In this document: positions 1-8,900 of the stretch, in pieces | Layout of the letters: the number at the start of each line of letters is the position of its first letter | How positions within the stretch are numbered: the stretch's first letter is position 1 | NCBI GenBank assembly: GCA_963847695.1 | Contig: CAWKAX010000029.1 | Coordinates: forward strand, 2,150 to 66,149 | Direction of reading: 5' to 3' | Length of the DNA: 64,000 bases | Source of the DNA: an uncultured Acidobacteriota bacterium | GTDB lineage: Bacteria > Acidobacteriota > Terriglobia > Acidiferrales > UBA7541 | Notes under the pieces: generated by a model | What the model was told of the DNA's origin: nothing | The model's input: only the letters and a program-made list of their open reading frames with translations | Database searches by the model: none | Made by a program: the position numbers and the translations under genes

Positions 1-264
1 GCCCACTCCGGCGGCGATCAGGCGATGCGGTTCGCGCGTTTGATTCTCGCTGATGACCGTAAACGCGACCTGGCCGGCCTTGATGTGTTTCAAACCTTCG
101 CTGCGGGAAATTAATTTGCAGTGCGGAGGGAAAATCGACGAGACGCGGACGATATTGCAGGCCGCGATGCCGGCATTGCGCAGGGCCAATTCAAAACTGG
201 AGAGCCGCTCTCGGTGTTTGCCAACGCCTTTCGTGAGGAAAATCTTCTTCGCGACGAATGCCAT
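1..264 (-). CDS. pdaD: pyruvoyl-dependent arginine decarboxylase, first 88 codons (rest lies beyond the window edge)
   Basis: Absent from the ORF track because it runs off the window. The reverse complement of 1..264 reads MAFVAKKIFLTKGVGKHRERLSSFELALRNAGIAACNIVRVSSIFPPHCKLISRSEGLKHIKAGQVAFTVISENQTREPHRLIAAGVG. This matches the PvlArgDC family N-terminus, including the VSS self-cleavage serine site. Confidence 0.65.
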   Translation of the reverse strand, partial: MAFVAKKIFLTKGVGKHRERLSSFELALRNAGIAACNIVRVSSIFPPHCKLISRSEGLKHIKAGQVAFTVISENQTREPHRLIAAGVG

Positions 265-461
265 GTGGTTACCGAGCTGCGGTGCCTCCCGAAACTGCGA
301 AAAATTTGAACGCAACGAAAATTAACAAGCGTGCGCGGTGATGTCAATAAAATTCACGATTGCCGCGCACGGCGACGGCCAGCAGGCGGAGCGATTTTAG
401 ATTTCGTTTTCACACTTCCGTAACATTTCGCGCGCGATCAAAACGCGTGGAAAATAAAAAA

Positions 462-486
462 GGGGAACTCGGAGTTCGAGTTCCCC
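462..486. terminator. bidirectional rho-independent terminator hairpin
   Basis: GGGGAACTCG (462-471) and CGAGTTCCCC (477-486) form a perfect 10-bp stem with a 5-nt loop. An A-run lies upstream and a T-run downstream. It sits directly 3' of the minus-strand gene ending at 490. Confidence 0.65.
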
Positions 487-489
487 TTT

Positions 490-1635
490 TTATTTTGTAA
501 TGCGGGTTTGTGCGTCCTGGTTAGTAGGGTAGACGATCGGATACGGCGGAGGCGGCGGATAGTATCCAGGGCCGTAGTAGCCGTAAGGATAAGGGCGGCG
601 CAACATGGGCCGGCCGTTAACGTTCCGCGGTTGCGGCGCGTAATCCGCTTGAGTCACCGGACGAAACGCGAGTAGTCCGCGCGTGGTGTTGATGGAAATG
701 GGCTGTTCGAGTTTGAAGGTGAGCAAAGTTTCGGGAGTGATGATGGTCGGTTTGCCGCGGGTGACGAGCACGCCCGCGACGCTGGCGACGAATCCGGCTC
801 CGGCGCCGATGGCTGCTCCGGGTCCGCCGGCTGCGGCGGCTCCGATGGCGGCGCCAGTGCCGGTGGTCAGGCCGATGGCGGCCGCGTCGCGACCCTTGGA
901 AGGACCGGCGGTGGCGTTCAGCAGCTGAGTTTGAATCGGCAGCAACTGGCCGTCGACCAAGGTGAGCTGGCTGAGATCGATCTGCAATTTTGAAACGCCT
1001 TTGACGCGACCGGCGCGGACGGCGTCGGTAACCGTACCGGTAATGGTCTGGCCTCGGCGCATCACCACCCAGCCGTCGATGACGATGGGCTGCGCGAGAG
1101 TGGCGATGAACGTGTCGCCTTTTTTACTTTTGTCACTGGAAAGAAAATCGGTGGTGCGGATCTGGATGACTGAGCCAGCAGGCAGCGTCAAGCTCGGCGG
1201 CGCCAGCGGAGGAGGACGGCGTTCGGCGCGCGGGGCATTATTGGGCGGCGGATTGCCGTTGTTGTTCCCGTTGTTCGGCGGAGGATTCATCGGGCCTTGA
1301 TCTTGAGGAGAGCCTTGATCCTGCGGTGGCGGCGCCATCTGATCTGGCTGGCCCTGATTCTGCGGCGCGTTTTGATCTTGGGGCGCGGCTTGGTCCTGCG
1401 GCGGATTCGCGTTCTGATTCTGATCTTGTCCTTGCGACTGCCCTTGCATTTGGTCCTGAGTCTGGTCGGGCGGAGGCGGCTGCTGATCCTGCGGCTGCGC
1501 CGAATTATCTTGTGCCGGCGGATTCTGCTGGCCGAAGGCCGAAGGCGACGCGAGCGTCATGCCCAAAATCAGAGCGCCGAGGCCTAGCTTTGCAAGCAAA
1601 TCGCGGGTGGAGCGTTTCTTAGAAAAATTGTGCAT
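490..1635 (-). CDS. secreted low-complexity (Gln/Pro/Asp/Asn-rich) protein with beta-rich domain, glycine-zipper segment and Tyr/Gly/Pro tail
   Basis: 381-aa ORF. N-terminal signal peptide (LGLGALILGMTLASPSAFGQ), then QDQ/PPP repeats. A folded-looking segment follows (LTLPAGSVIQIRTTDFLSSDKSKKGDTFIATLAQPIVIDGWVVMRRGQTITGTV...). Then a Gly/Ala zipper (GTGAAIGAAAAGGPGAAIGAGAG) and a C-terminal YPYGYYGPGYYPPPPPYP tail. Confidence 0.75.
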   Translation of the reverse strand: MHNFSKKRSTRDLLAKLGLGALILGMTLASPSAFGQQNPPAQDNSAQPQDQQPPPPDQTQDQMQGQSQGQDQNQNANPPQDQAAPQDQNAPQNQGQPDQMAPPPQDQGSPQDQGPMNPPPNNGNNNGNPPPNNAPRAERRPPPLAPPSLTLPAGSVIQIRTTDFLSSDKSKKGDTFIATLAQPIVIDGWVVMRRGQTITGTVTDAVRAGRVKGVSKLQIDLSQLTLVDGQLLPIQTQLLNATAGPSKGRDAAAIGLTTGTGAAIGAAAAGGPGAAIGAGAGFVASVAGVLVTRGKPTIITPETLLTFKLEQPISINTTRGLLAFRPVTQADYAPQPRNVNGRPMLRRPYPYGYYGPGYYPPPPPYPIVYPTNQDAQTRITK

Positions 1636-1860
1636 TGTCCCAACCTCCCAGCTCGGTTAGACGAGCCTGGTTTCGTTCTGGCCGTTTACCATAGCTAATT
1701 ATCAAATATCAAATGGTGCGCTAACCCTAATTCAGATGAGGACTGCACGCGCAGAGTTGCAGGCCAGTGAATACAACACGAAAAGGTGGAAATAGTTGCA
1801 GCGGGCTTCTGGGCCGGTCTGGGCAGTGCTTCTGGGTCCGGCCGTCGGGGCAACGCACGG

Positions 1861-2403
1861 CTAGACGCGCGCGAGGGTGAAGAGGGGAAGGCACGGAGCC
1901 AGAATATCGGCGACGGTCTTGAGTTCGCGAAGCTGCGAGTGAGTGAAGTCGGCGCCGGCTTCCGCCGCGCTCTTGCCTTTACGGGAGATCTGCAGCACGC
2001 CGATGATTTTCTTGTCGTGAGTGATGGCCACGCTCATGATTTTCTGAATCGGCTCGCCGCGCTCTTCCTGGACGATGGGCACGGCTTCGAATACCGAAGA
2101 GTGGGGCACCACGGCAAAATGGTTGATGACTTCCGGGCGCTTTTCGCGGACGGTGCGGGCGGCCAGGGAATTGGTGCTGGTCAGCGGAATCTGGCCCACG
2201 TTCTGGAGCTTTTCGGGGACTACGAAGCGCAAGAACCGGTCGTCGCTGGTGATGGTCAGGACCGCGACTTCGTGCGGTTGCACCACGAAATGCTTGCTGA
2301 CCAGATCGACAATGCGGTTCATGCCGACGAAGTCGCCGCCATTGCTTTGGCGAACGATTTCGGCGACCCACTTCTTGAGCTCGGAAATGTGCTCGCTGGG
2401 CAT
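1861..2403 (-). CDS. GAF domain-containing protein
   Basis: 180-aa ORF, single domain. Sequence is typical of stand-alone GAF proteins (HFVVQPHEVAVLTI..., LTSTNSLAARTVREKRPEVINHF, IIGVLQISRKG). Confidence 0.65.
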   Translation of the reverse strand: MPSEHISELKKWVAEIVRQSNGGDFVGMNRIVDLVSKHFVVQPHEVAVLTITSDDRFLRFVVPEKLQNVGQIPLTSTNSLAARTVREKRPEVINHFAVVPHSSVFEAVPIVQEERGEPIQKIMSVAITHDKKIIGVLQISRKGKSAAEAGADFTHSQLRELKTVADILAPCLPLFTLARV

Positions 2404-2619
2404 GGGCTGGTATGGGCGTCGATTTCAAGCAGTTTATCATCTACCGAAAAGACGAAAACCGTCCTGAGGGGGTGCTGTATCCAAAATGCTAAGCCGTGCC
2501 GGGTGAGGAGAACTAGATTGGGTTGATGATTTTTGCGGGTGCCGAGGTCCGGTCGCGGACTGTTTCGAATGATTCGTTCGCGCCGGAATTTTCGAATTTA
2601 AAATCGCGTTTGGCGCGTA

Positions 2620-2648
2620 TTGCAAACGCCGCAACTCCTGCCTATACT
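2620..2648 (+). promoter_or_regulatory. sigma-70-like promoter candidate for sdhCAB
   Basis: TTGCAA (2620-2625), a 17-nt spacer, then TATACT (2643-2648), 31 nt upstream of the sdhC ATG at 2680. It lies in the divergent intergenic region. Confidence 0.4.
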
Positions 2649-2679
2649 GGAGTTTCTGTGACTCAACCTCGGAGCGTGC

Positions 2680-3330
2680 ATGTCGGTCGCAGCCTCGCAT
2701 AGCCGAACCAGTTACATCCTCGACAAACTGCAATCCCTTAGCGGCGTAATCCCAATTGGCGCATTCCTGGCGGAGCATTTCTGGTCGAATAGCTATGCGC
2801 TGGTCAGCGCCAAAAGCTACGACAATGTTTCCAGCGAATTGCAGCTGATTCCGTGGAGAATTTTCGTGGAATGCGCGGTGCTGTTCATTCCGCTGGTGTT
2901 TCACAGCTTGTATGGGATGTACATCTGGTGGCTGGGCAAATCGAACGTGATCGGGCATCCCTGGATGTCGAACTGGATGTACACACTCCAGCGTTGGACC
3001 GGGATCATCGCGTTCGTGTTTATCGGCTGGCACGTTTATGTTGAGCGCTACGTGGGGCGCGGGATGACGGCGTATACCGACGTGCAGGCGTCGATGATGA
3101 ATCCCTGGTTCGTGACTTTTTACTTGGTCGGGATCGCGGCGGCTTCATTTCACCTGGGCAACGGGCTTTGGAATTTTGCCTGTAAGTGGGGCATCGCGGT
3201 GAGCGTGCGCGCGCAACGCGCGGCGGGATGGTTTGGAGCAGCGGTGGGCCTGTCGTTTACCTTGATGGGCGTCGCGATCGTCCTGGGCTTGCATTACGGC
3301 AAGTTTCCGCTCGGGGGCTACGTGCAATGA
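2680..3330 (+). CDS. sdhC: succinate dehydrogenase / fumarate reductase cytochrome b subunit (b558 type)
   Basis: 216-aa multi-TM ORF with conserved His residues. It resembles the Bacillus-type SdhC family. Its stop overlaps the sdhA start (ATGA at 3327-3330). Confidence 0.85.
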   Translation: MSVAASHSRTSYILDKLQSLSGVIPIGAFLAEHFWSNSYALVSAKSYDNVSSELQLIPWRIFVECAVLFIPLVFHSLYGMYIWWLGKSNVIGHPWMSNWMYTLQRWTGIIAFVFIGWHVYVERYVGRGMTAYTDVQASMMNPWFVTFYLVGIAAASFHLGNGLWNFACKWGIAVSVRAQRAAGWFGAAVGLSFTLMGVAIVLGLHYGKFPLGGYVQ

Positions 3331-5112
3331 AACACCAGCCAAAAATAATTATTGTGGGCGGGGGACTGGCGGGTTTGATGGCCGCGATTCGAGTGGCCGA
3401 AACCGGCGTGCCGGTGGAACTATTCTCGATCGTGCCGGTGAAGCGTTCGCATTCGGTGTGCGCGCAGGGCGGAATTAACGCAGCGAAGAATCTGAAGGGC
3501 GAAGGCGATTCCACCTGGAAGCATTTCGACGACACTATTTACGGCGGCGATTTTCTGGCGAATCAGGGTCTGGTGAAAGCCATGTGCGAAGCGGCGCCGG
3601 CGATCATCGACCTGCTGGATCGCATGGGCGTGATGTTCAATCGCACGCCGGAAGGCTTGCTCGATTTTCGGCGATTTGGCGGGACGCTTTTTCACCGGAC
3701 GGCTTTCGCCGGGGCTACGACCGGGCAGCAATTGCTGTATGCGCTGGACGAGCAGGTACGGCAGTTTGAATCCGAAGACAAAGTGAAGAAGTTTGAAGGC
3801 TGGACGTTTCTTTCTGCGGTTCTGGATGATGCCGGCGTGTGTCGCGGCATTTGCGCCATGGATCTCAAAACCATGGAGATCCGGACGTTCCCCTGCGACG
3901 CGGCGATTTTCTGTACCGGAGGCGTGGGCGCGATATTCGGGCGCTCGACGAATTCGGTGGTTTGCACTGGCTCGGCGCAGTCGGCGCTGTTCCAGCAGGG
4001 CGCTTACTACGCGAACGGCGAATTCATCCAGGTGCATCCAACAGCGATTCCGGGCGAAGATAAATGCCGGTTGATGAGCGAATCGGCGCGCGGCGAAGGC
4101 GGCCGGGTGTGGGTGCCAAGACTCCGCAGAGATCCGCGGCGGCGGGAAGAGATTCCGGAAAACGAGCGCTTCTACTTCCTCGAAGAGTGGTATCCGAAAT
4201 ACGGCAATCTGGTTCCGCGCGACGTAGCTACCCGCGCGATTCACAAGATCGTCTACGAGATGAAAATGGGGCTGGTCGGCGAGCCGGCCGTGTATTTGGA
4301 CGTCTCTCACATTCCGCGGGAAATCCTCGAACGCAAGCTCGAAGGCATTTTCGAAATTTACGAGAAATTCGTGGGCGTTGATCCGCACGTCGAGCCGATG
4401 AAGGTTTTTCCGGCGATGCATTACACGATGGGCGGGCTCTGGGTGGATAACGAAAATCAGGCTACCAACATTCCTGGCGTGTATGCGGCGGGCGAGTGCG
4501 AATACCAGTATCACGGTGCGAATCGGCTCGGCGCGAATTCGCTGGTGTGCTGCATCTTCGGCGGAGGCATTGCCGGCCCCGCGGCCGTCCGTTACGCGCG
4601 CAGCCTGGCGCAGGGCTGCGAAGCATCTCCCGCGGTCTACGAACGCGAACGCGTCCGCCAGCAGGATATTTCCGACGCGCTGCTGAACCAGCACACCGGA
4701 ACCGAAAATCCGCTGACCATCTGGCGCGAACTCGGCGACGTGATGACCGAAAACGTGACGGTAATTCGTTACAACGCCAAACTGCAGGCCACCTTGGCGA
4801 AAATCGACGAGCTGGCCGATCGTTTCACTCGCATCAACCTGCAGGACCGACTCAGTGGGCGAATCAGACCCTGAATTTCGTTCGCGAACTGGGCAACATG
4901 ATCGTGCTGGCCAAAGTCATCACCTGGGCGCGCTGGCCCGCAACGAAACCCGCGGTGCGCACTACAAACCCGAATTTCCAAACCGCGACGACGCGAATTT
5001 CCTGAAGACCACCATCGCTAGATACAACGGCGGGGACATTCGGTTGACGTATGAAGCAGTGGACACGACGTTGCTGGCGTTGCGCGAGCGGAAGTATACG
5101 GCGTCAGCCTAA
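3327..5112 (+). pseudogene. sdhA: succinate dehydrogenase flavoprotein subunit, interrupted by two -1 frame disruptions (or consensus errors)
   Basis: Starts MKHQPKIIIVGGGLAGLMAAI (FAD fold). The conserved sequence runs in frame 3 to about 4850. It continues as QWANQTLNFVRELGNMIVLAKVITW in frame 2, then GALARNETRGAHYKPEFPNRDDANFLKTT... in frame 1, to the TAA at 5110-5112. The second shift sits in a G-run at 4925-4928. Confidence 0.85.
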
Positions 5113-5128
5113 GAAGCCCGGAGCCTCA

Positions 5129-5182
5129 GGGGCTAAAGCCCCGGGTCAAGAGCGGCTGGTTTCGTCATGGCTAAAGCCATGA
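5129..5182. repeat. pair of REP-like GGCTAAAGCC hairpins in the sdhA-sdhB spacer
   Basis: GGGGCTAAAGCCCC (5129-5142) and TCATGGCTAAAGCCATGA (5165-5182). Both have self-complementary arms around the same GGCTAAAGCC core. Confidence 0.6.
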
Positions 5183-5220
5183 CCCACAGAACAGATTGCA
5201 TAGTACGAGAGTGAGGGCCA

Positions 5221-5973
5221 GTGGCCGATAAAACATTCTTGGTCGGCATCGAGCGCCAGCAACGGGCGGACAAAGCCGTGCGCTGGGAAGACTTCGAGCT
5301 GAAGTACCGGCCGCACATGAACGTGATTATTTGCCTGCGGGATATCGCGGAGCATCCGTTCACCCGCGATGGGAAAGAATCTTCTCCGGTTACCTACGAC
5401 GCGAACTGCCTGGAAGAAATTTGTGGCGCTTGCGCCATGATCATCAATGGTCAGCCGCGCCAGGCGTGTACCGCGCTGGTCGAGCAACCTGGAAAAACCG
5501 ATTCGGCTGGAGCCGCTGACCAAATTTCCGCTGGTTCGCGATTTGCAGGTGGATCGCGGGTCGATGTTCGAAAATCTGAAGAAGACCAAGTGTTGGATTC
5601 CGATCGATGGGACCTACGACATCGGGCCGGGCCGCGCATGTCGGCGGAGACGCAGGAAGTGGGCTATACGCTTTCGCAATGCATCAGTTGCGGGAACTGC
5701 CTGGAAATTACCGAAGGTGAATGAGAATTCGCACTTCGTGGGGGCGGCGATCGTGAGTCAGGTGCGGCTGTTTAACATGCCATTCCGACGGGGAAGATGC
5801 ACGCGGGGCCGCGGCTGGAAGCGTTAATGGGGCCGGGCGGAATTGAAGATTGCGACAACGCGCAGAACTGCGTGAAAGTTCGCCCCAAGGGCATTCCGCT
5901 GACCGAATCGCTGGCCGCGGTGAACGGCAAGTGCCTCGGGCACGCGGTGAAGTCATTTATTTTTGGCAAGTAG
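5221..5973 (+). pseudogene. sdhB: succinate dehydrogenase iron-sulfur subunit, at least four frame disruptions plus loss of two canonical Cys ligands
   Basis: GTG start. The conserved SdhB sequence alternates between frames 1 and 2. Frame 1: ...CLEEICGACAMIINGQPRQACTALVEQ. Frame 2: LEKPIRLEPLTKFPLVRDLQVDRGSMFENLKKTKCWIPIDGTYDIGPG. Frame 1: PRMSAETQEVGYTLSQCISCGNCLE. Frame 2: PKVNENSHFVGAAIVSQVRLFNM. Frame 1: IPTGKMHAGPRLEALMGPGGIEDCDNAQNCVKVRPKGIPLTESL... to the TAG at 5971-5973. Confidence 0.8.
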
Positions 5974-5978
5974 TGCTG

Positions 5979-6000
5979 GGCTGTGAAGTTCTTCGCAGCC
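5979..6000 (+). terminator. hairpin 3' of sdhB (possible terminator, no U-tract)
   Basis: GGCTGTGAAG / CTTCGCAGCC is an imperfect inverted repeat (one G-U pair) starting 6 nt after the sdhB stop. Confidence 0.3.
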
Positions 6001-6118
6001 GCACTTTGGATTCAAACCTAACCAACATGATTGGCTAAATGGGAATGCCGCGACGAGGCGAGTCGTGTGGATTCAGTTTCGGGCTGGGGTGACGTAGAAT
6101 CCCGAGGGAATTGGGGGT

Positions 6119-7358
6119 GTGATGTTCCGTAGCGGTTTGCTGGTGACTGGAATTTTGCTGGGAGGAACTCTGTCGATTCTGGCGAGTGGCGCGCAAAACA
6201 CGGGGACGGACGCGAGCGTAACGCAGCAGGCTCACGATTTGCACTTCGGTTCGATCGTGGTCGATACGCACGACGATACGACCCAGCGACTGCTGGACCC
6301 GAAGTTTAATCTGGGGGCGAAGCACGCCGACGGCAGCATCGATATTCCGCGCATGCGGGCCGGCGGCCTGGATGCGATTTTCTTTTCGATCTGGATTCCC
6401 GGGACGGTGACTGGTCCCACGGCGGTGCGGCGGGCGCTGGATCAGATTGCGGCGGTGCGCTTAGCGGTCGATCGGCATCCCAGCGATTTGGTTTTGTGCA
6501 CGACGGCCGATGAGATTCGCGCGGCGAAGAAGGCAAACAAAATCGCGGTGCTGATGGGCGTTGAGGGCGGGCACATGATCAACAACAGCCTGGCCACGCT
6601 CGATCAGTTTTATACGCTCGGGGTTCGGTATATGACTTTGACCCACACGGTCAATACCGAGTGGGCGGATTCGTCGGGGGACAAGGCGGCGCACGACGGG
6701 CTGACTCCGTTCGGCAAGAAAGTGATTGCCGAGATGAACAAGCAGGGCATGATCGTCGACATCTCGCATGTCGCGGACAAAACTTTTTACGACGTGCTGG
6801 CTACGAGCCAGGCGCCGGTGATTGCTTCGCATTCTTCGTGCCGCGCGCTGTGCACCGCCCCGCGAGACATGACCGACGAAATGATCAAAGCGCTTGCGGC
6901 CAAAGGCGGCGTCATTCAGATCAACTCCATGTCGGCTTCCTGAGCCGGAATTTCAGGACGCTTCGAAAGCCAACCCCGAACTCGGCAAACAAATTGAAGT
7001 CGAAGCGAAAAAACGCTGCGCCGGCAATGAAGCCTGCGAGTTGATCGAAGCGGATAAGATTACTCGCGACTATGTGGCTCAAGGCAAACTGCCGCGCGTG
7101 GAGTGGACTGAGATCATCGATCACATCGATCACGCCGTGAAACTGGTCGGCGCCGACCACGTGGGCCTCGGTTCCGATTTCGATGGAGCGGACATGCCCT
7201 ACGGCATGGAAGACGCCACGCACTTGCCGCAGATTACGAACGCGCTGCTGGCCAAAGGTTACTCACCGGCCGACATCCAGAAAATTCTCGGTGGCAACAC
7301 CCTGCGCTTGATGCAGGATGTCGAAGCCGTAGCACGCAAAATGGGAGGAAAATCGTGA
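6119..7358 (+). pseudogene. membrane dipeptidase (peptidase M19 family) with signal peptide, two frame disruptions about 20 nt apart
   Basis: Contains IVVDTHDDTTQRLL, GGLDAIFFSIWIP and VGVEGGH motifs. Frame 2 ends in ...GGVIQIN. A short HVGFLS stretch follows in frame 1, then PEFQDASKANPE...DHIDHAVKLVGADHVGLGSDFDG... in frame 3 to the stop at 7358. Breaks are near 6925 and 6946. Confidence 0.8.
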
Positions 7359-8121
7359 AGCGCATCAGCACTTGTCTTACTTTTTGTTTTCTCGCAGCCC
7401 TTTTCCCCGCGGGTGTACGTGCGAAAGTCTCGGCGCAGGCGGGCAGCACCGCGACCGCACCGAAGCAAACCCCGGCCGCTCACCACACCGCTTCGCGACC
7501 TCTGGATCCGGCGTTGCTGCACCCGTCCACGCTGAAAGCGACTGCGCCCGATGAGTACGAAGTCACTTTCAAAACCACCGCCGGCGATTTCGTGGTGAAA
7601 GTCACCCGTACCTGGGCCCGCTCGGCGCCGACCGCTTCTACAATCTGGTCCGCCACGGATTTTTTTCCAACGCCGCCTTCTTCCGCGTCGTCCCGGGCTT
7701 CGTTGTGCAGTTTGGCCTCAACGCCAACCCCGCCGTAAACGCGGCGTGGGAGAAGGCCTACATCAAGGATGATCCCGTTACCCAAAGCAATCACGCCGGC
7801 TTTCTTACCTTCGCCACCGCCGGACCGAATACCCGCACCACCCAGCTCTTCATCAGCCTCGGCGAAAATGCCAGTCTCGATAAGATGGGCTTCTCAGCCT
7901 TCGGCCAAGTCACCAGCGGCATGGACATTGTCCAGAAAATTTTCCCGGGCTACGGCGAATGTCCGGACCAAGCCCAAATCACCGCGGAAGGGAAAACGTA
8001 CCTCGACAAAAATTTCCCGAAACTCGACCACATCATCTCGGCCACGGTCACGTTGCCGGCACCTGCGGCGCCGGTGCATCACACAGCAGCCAAGCCGGCC
8101 GCAGCCAGCACGCCGCAGTAA
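7355..8121 (+). pseudogene. secreted cyclophilin-type peptidyl-prolyl cis-trans isomerase, one frame disruption in a C-run
   Basis: GTGA overlap with the dipeptidase stop. Signal peptide MKRISTCLTFCFLAALFPAGVRA. The frame breaks at the CCC run at 7617-7619 (TWA|PLGADRFYNLVRHGFF...FRVVPGFVVQFGL...TRTTQLFISL...). It has a Pro/Ala-rich C-terminal tail and is a close paralog of 8276..8836. Confidence 0.8.
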
Positions 8122-8162
8122 AGGAGACGCAGCCAGAAATCGCGCCCCGGCCCCTGTAGCGG

Positions 8163-8176
8163 CCGGCTTTAGCCGG
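8163..8176. repeat. REP-like hairpin, inverted orientation (GGCTTTAGCC core)
   Basis: CCGGCTTTAGCCGG in the spacer between the two cyclophilin genes. It is the reverse complement of the GGCTAAAGCC core seen at 5129-5182. Confidence 0.5.
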
Positions 8177-8275
8177 GCATGAGATGTAAAAACCAACGCG
8201 GGCGTAATCGCGAAGCCGCGGCGTAAAAGCCGATCTTAAAATCGCGACAAACAAGTCGCCAGGAGAATTACACAA

Positions 8276-8836
8276 ATGGCAACAGAGGCTTCACTCCATC
8301 AGCCGGCTACTCTCACCGACAAAGCGCCCGAAACATTCGACGCCCATTTCAAGACGACCGCCGGCGATTTCACGGTGCATGTGACCCGCGCGTGGGCTCC
8401 GCTCGGCGCCGACCGTTTTTACAATCTGGTGAAGCACGGTTTTTACAATGAGGCCGCTTTTTTCCGCGTGGTGCCGGGATTCGTGGTGCAATTTGGATTG
8501 CACGCGGACCCGAAAATCGGCGGCCACTGGCGCAGCGCGAATATCAAGGACGATGCGGTGACCCAGAGCAACAAGCCGGGCTTCATTACTTTTGCCACCG
8601 CCGGCCCGCACACCCGCACGACGCAGCTCTTCATCAATCTCGGCAACAACGCGCAACTCGACCGCATGGGCTTCGCGCCGTTTGGGCAGGTAACCAGCGG
8701 GATGGACGTGGTGAAGAAAATTCACAGCGGCTATGGCGAAGCTCCGGACCAAGGTTCGATTACCGCGCTGGGCAAGGAATATCTGGACAAGAATTTTCCG
8801 AAGCTCGACCGTATCACCTCGGCGACGATCAGTTAG
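8276..8836 (+). CDS. cyclophilin-type peptidyl-prolyl cis-trans isomerase (cytoplasmic paralog)
   Basis: Intact 186-aa ORF with FRVVPGFVVQFG, TRTTQLFINL and GFAPFGQVTSGMDVV motifs. Confidence 0.9.
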   Translation: MATEASLHQPATLTDKAPETFDAHFKTTAGDFTVHVTRAWAPLGADRFYNLVKHGFYNEAAFFRVVPGFVVQFGLHADPKIGGHWRSANIKDDAVTQSNKPGFITFATAGPHTRTTQLFINLGNNAQLDRMGFAPFGQVTSGMDVVKKIHSGYGEAPDQGSITALGKEYLDKNFPKLDRITSATIS

Positions 8837-8900
8837 ATTGTCGATCGCGCTTGGGCGAGAACGACGGATTGAAGACTTTCCTCAATTTGTGCCGCAACGG

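Noticed and set aside
3420-4694. 424-aa minus-strand ORF antisense to sdhA. The same class includes 9180..10553 (-), 23282..24538 (+), 29789..31111 (+), 30021..31007 (-), 55348..56673 (+), 58157..59491 (-), 21508..22557 (+) and 17474..18349 (-).
   Set aside because: All lie fully inside strongly conserved genes on the opposite strand. Their composition is Arg/Ala/Gly/His-rich with no motifs, and they lack ribosome-binding sites. They are typical shadow ORFs of high-GC DNA.
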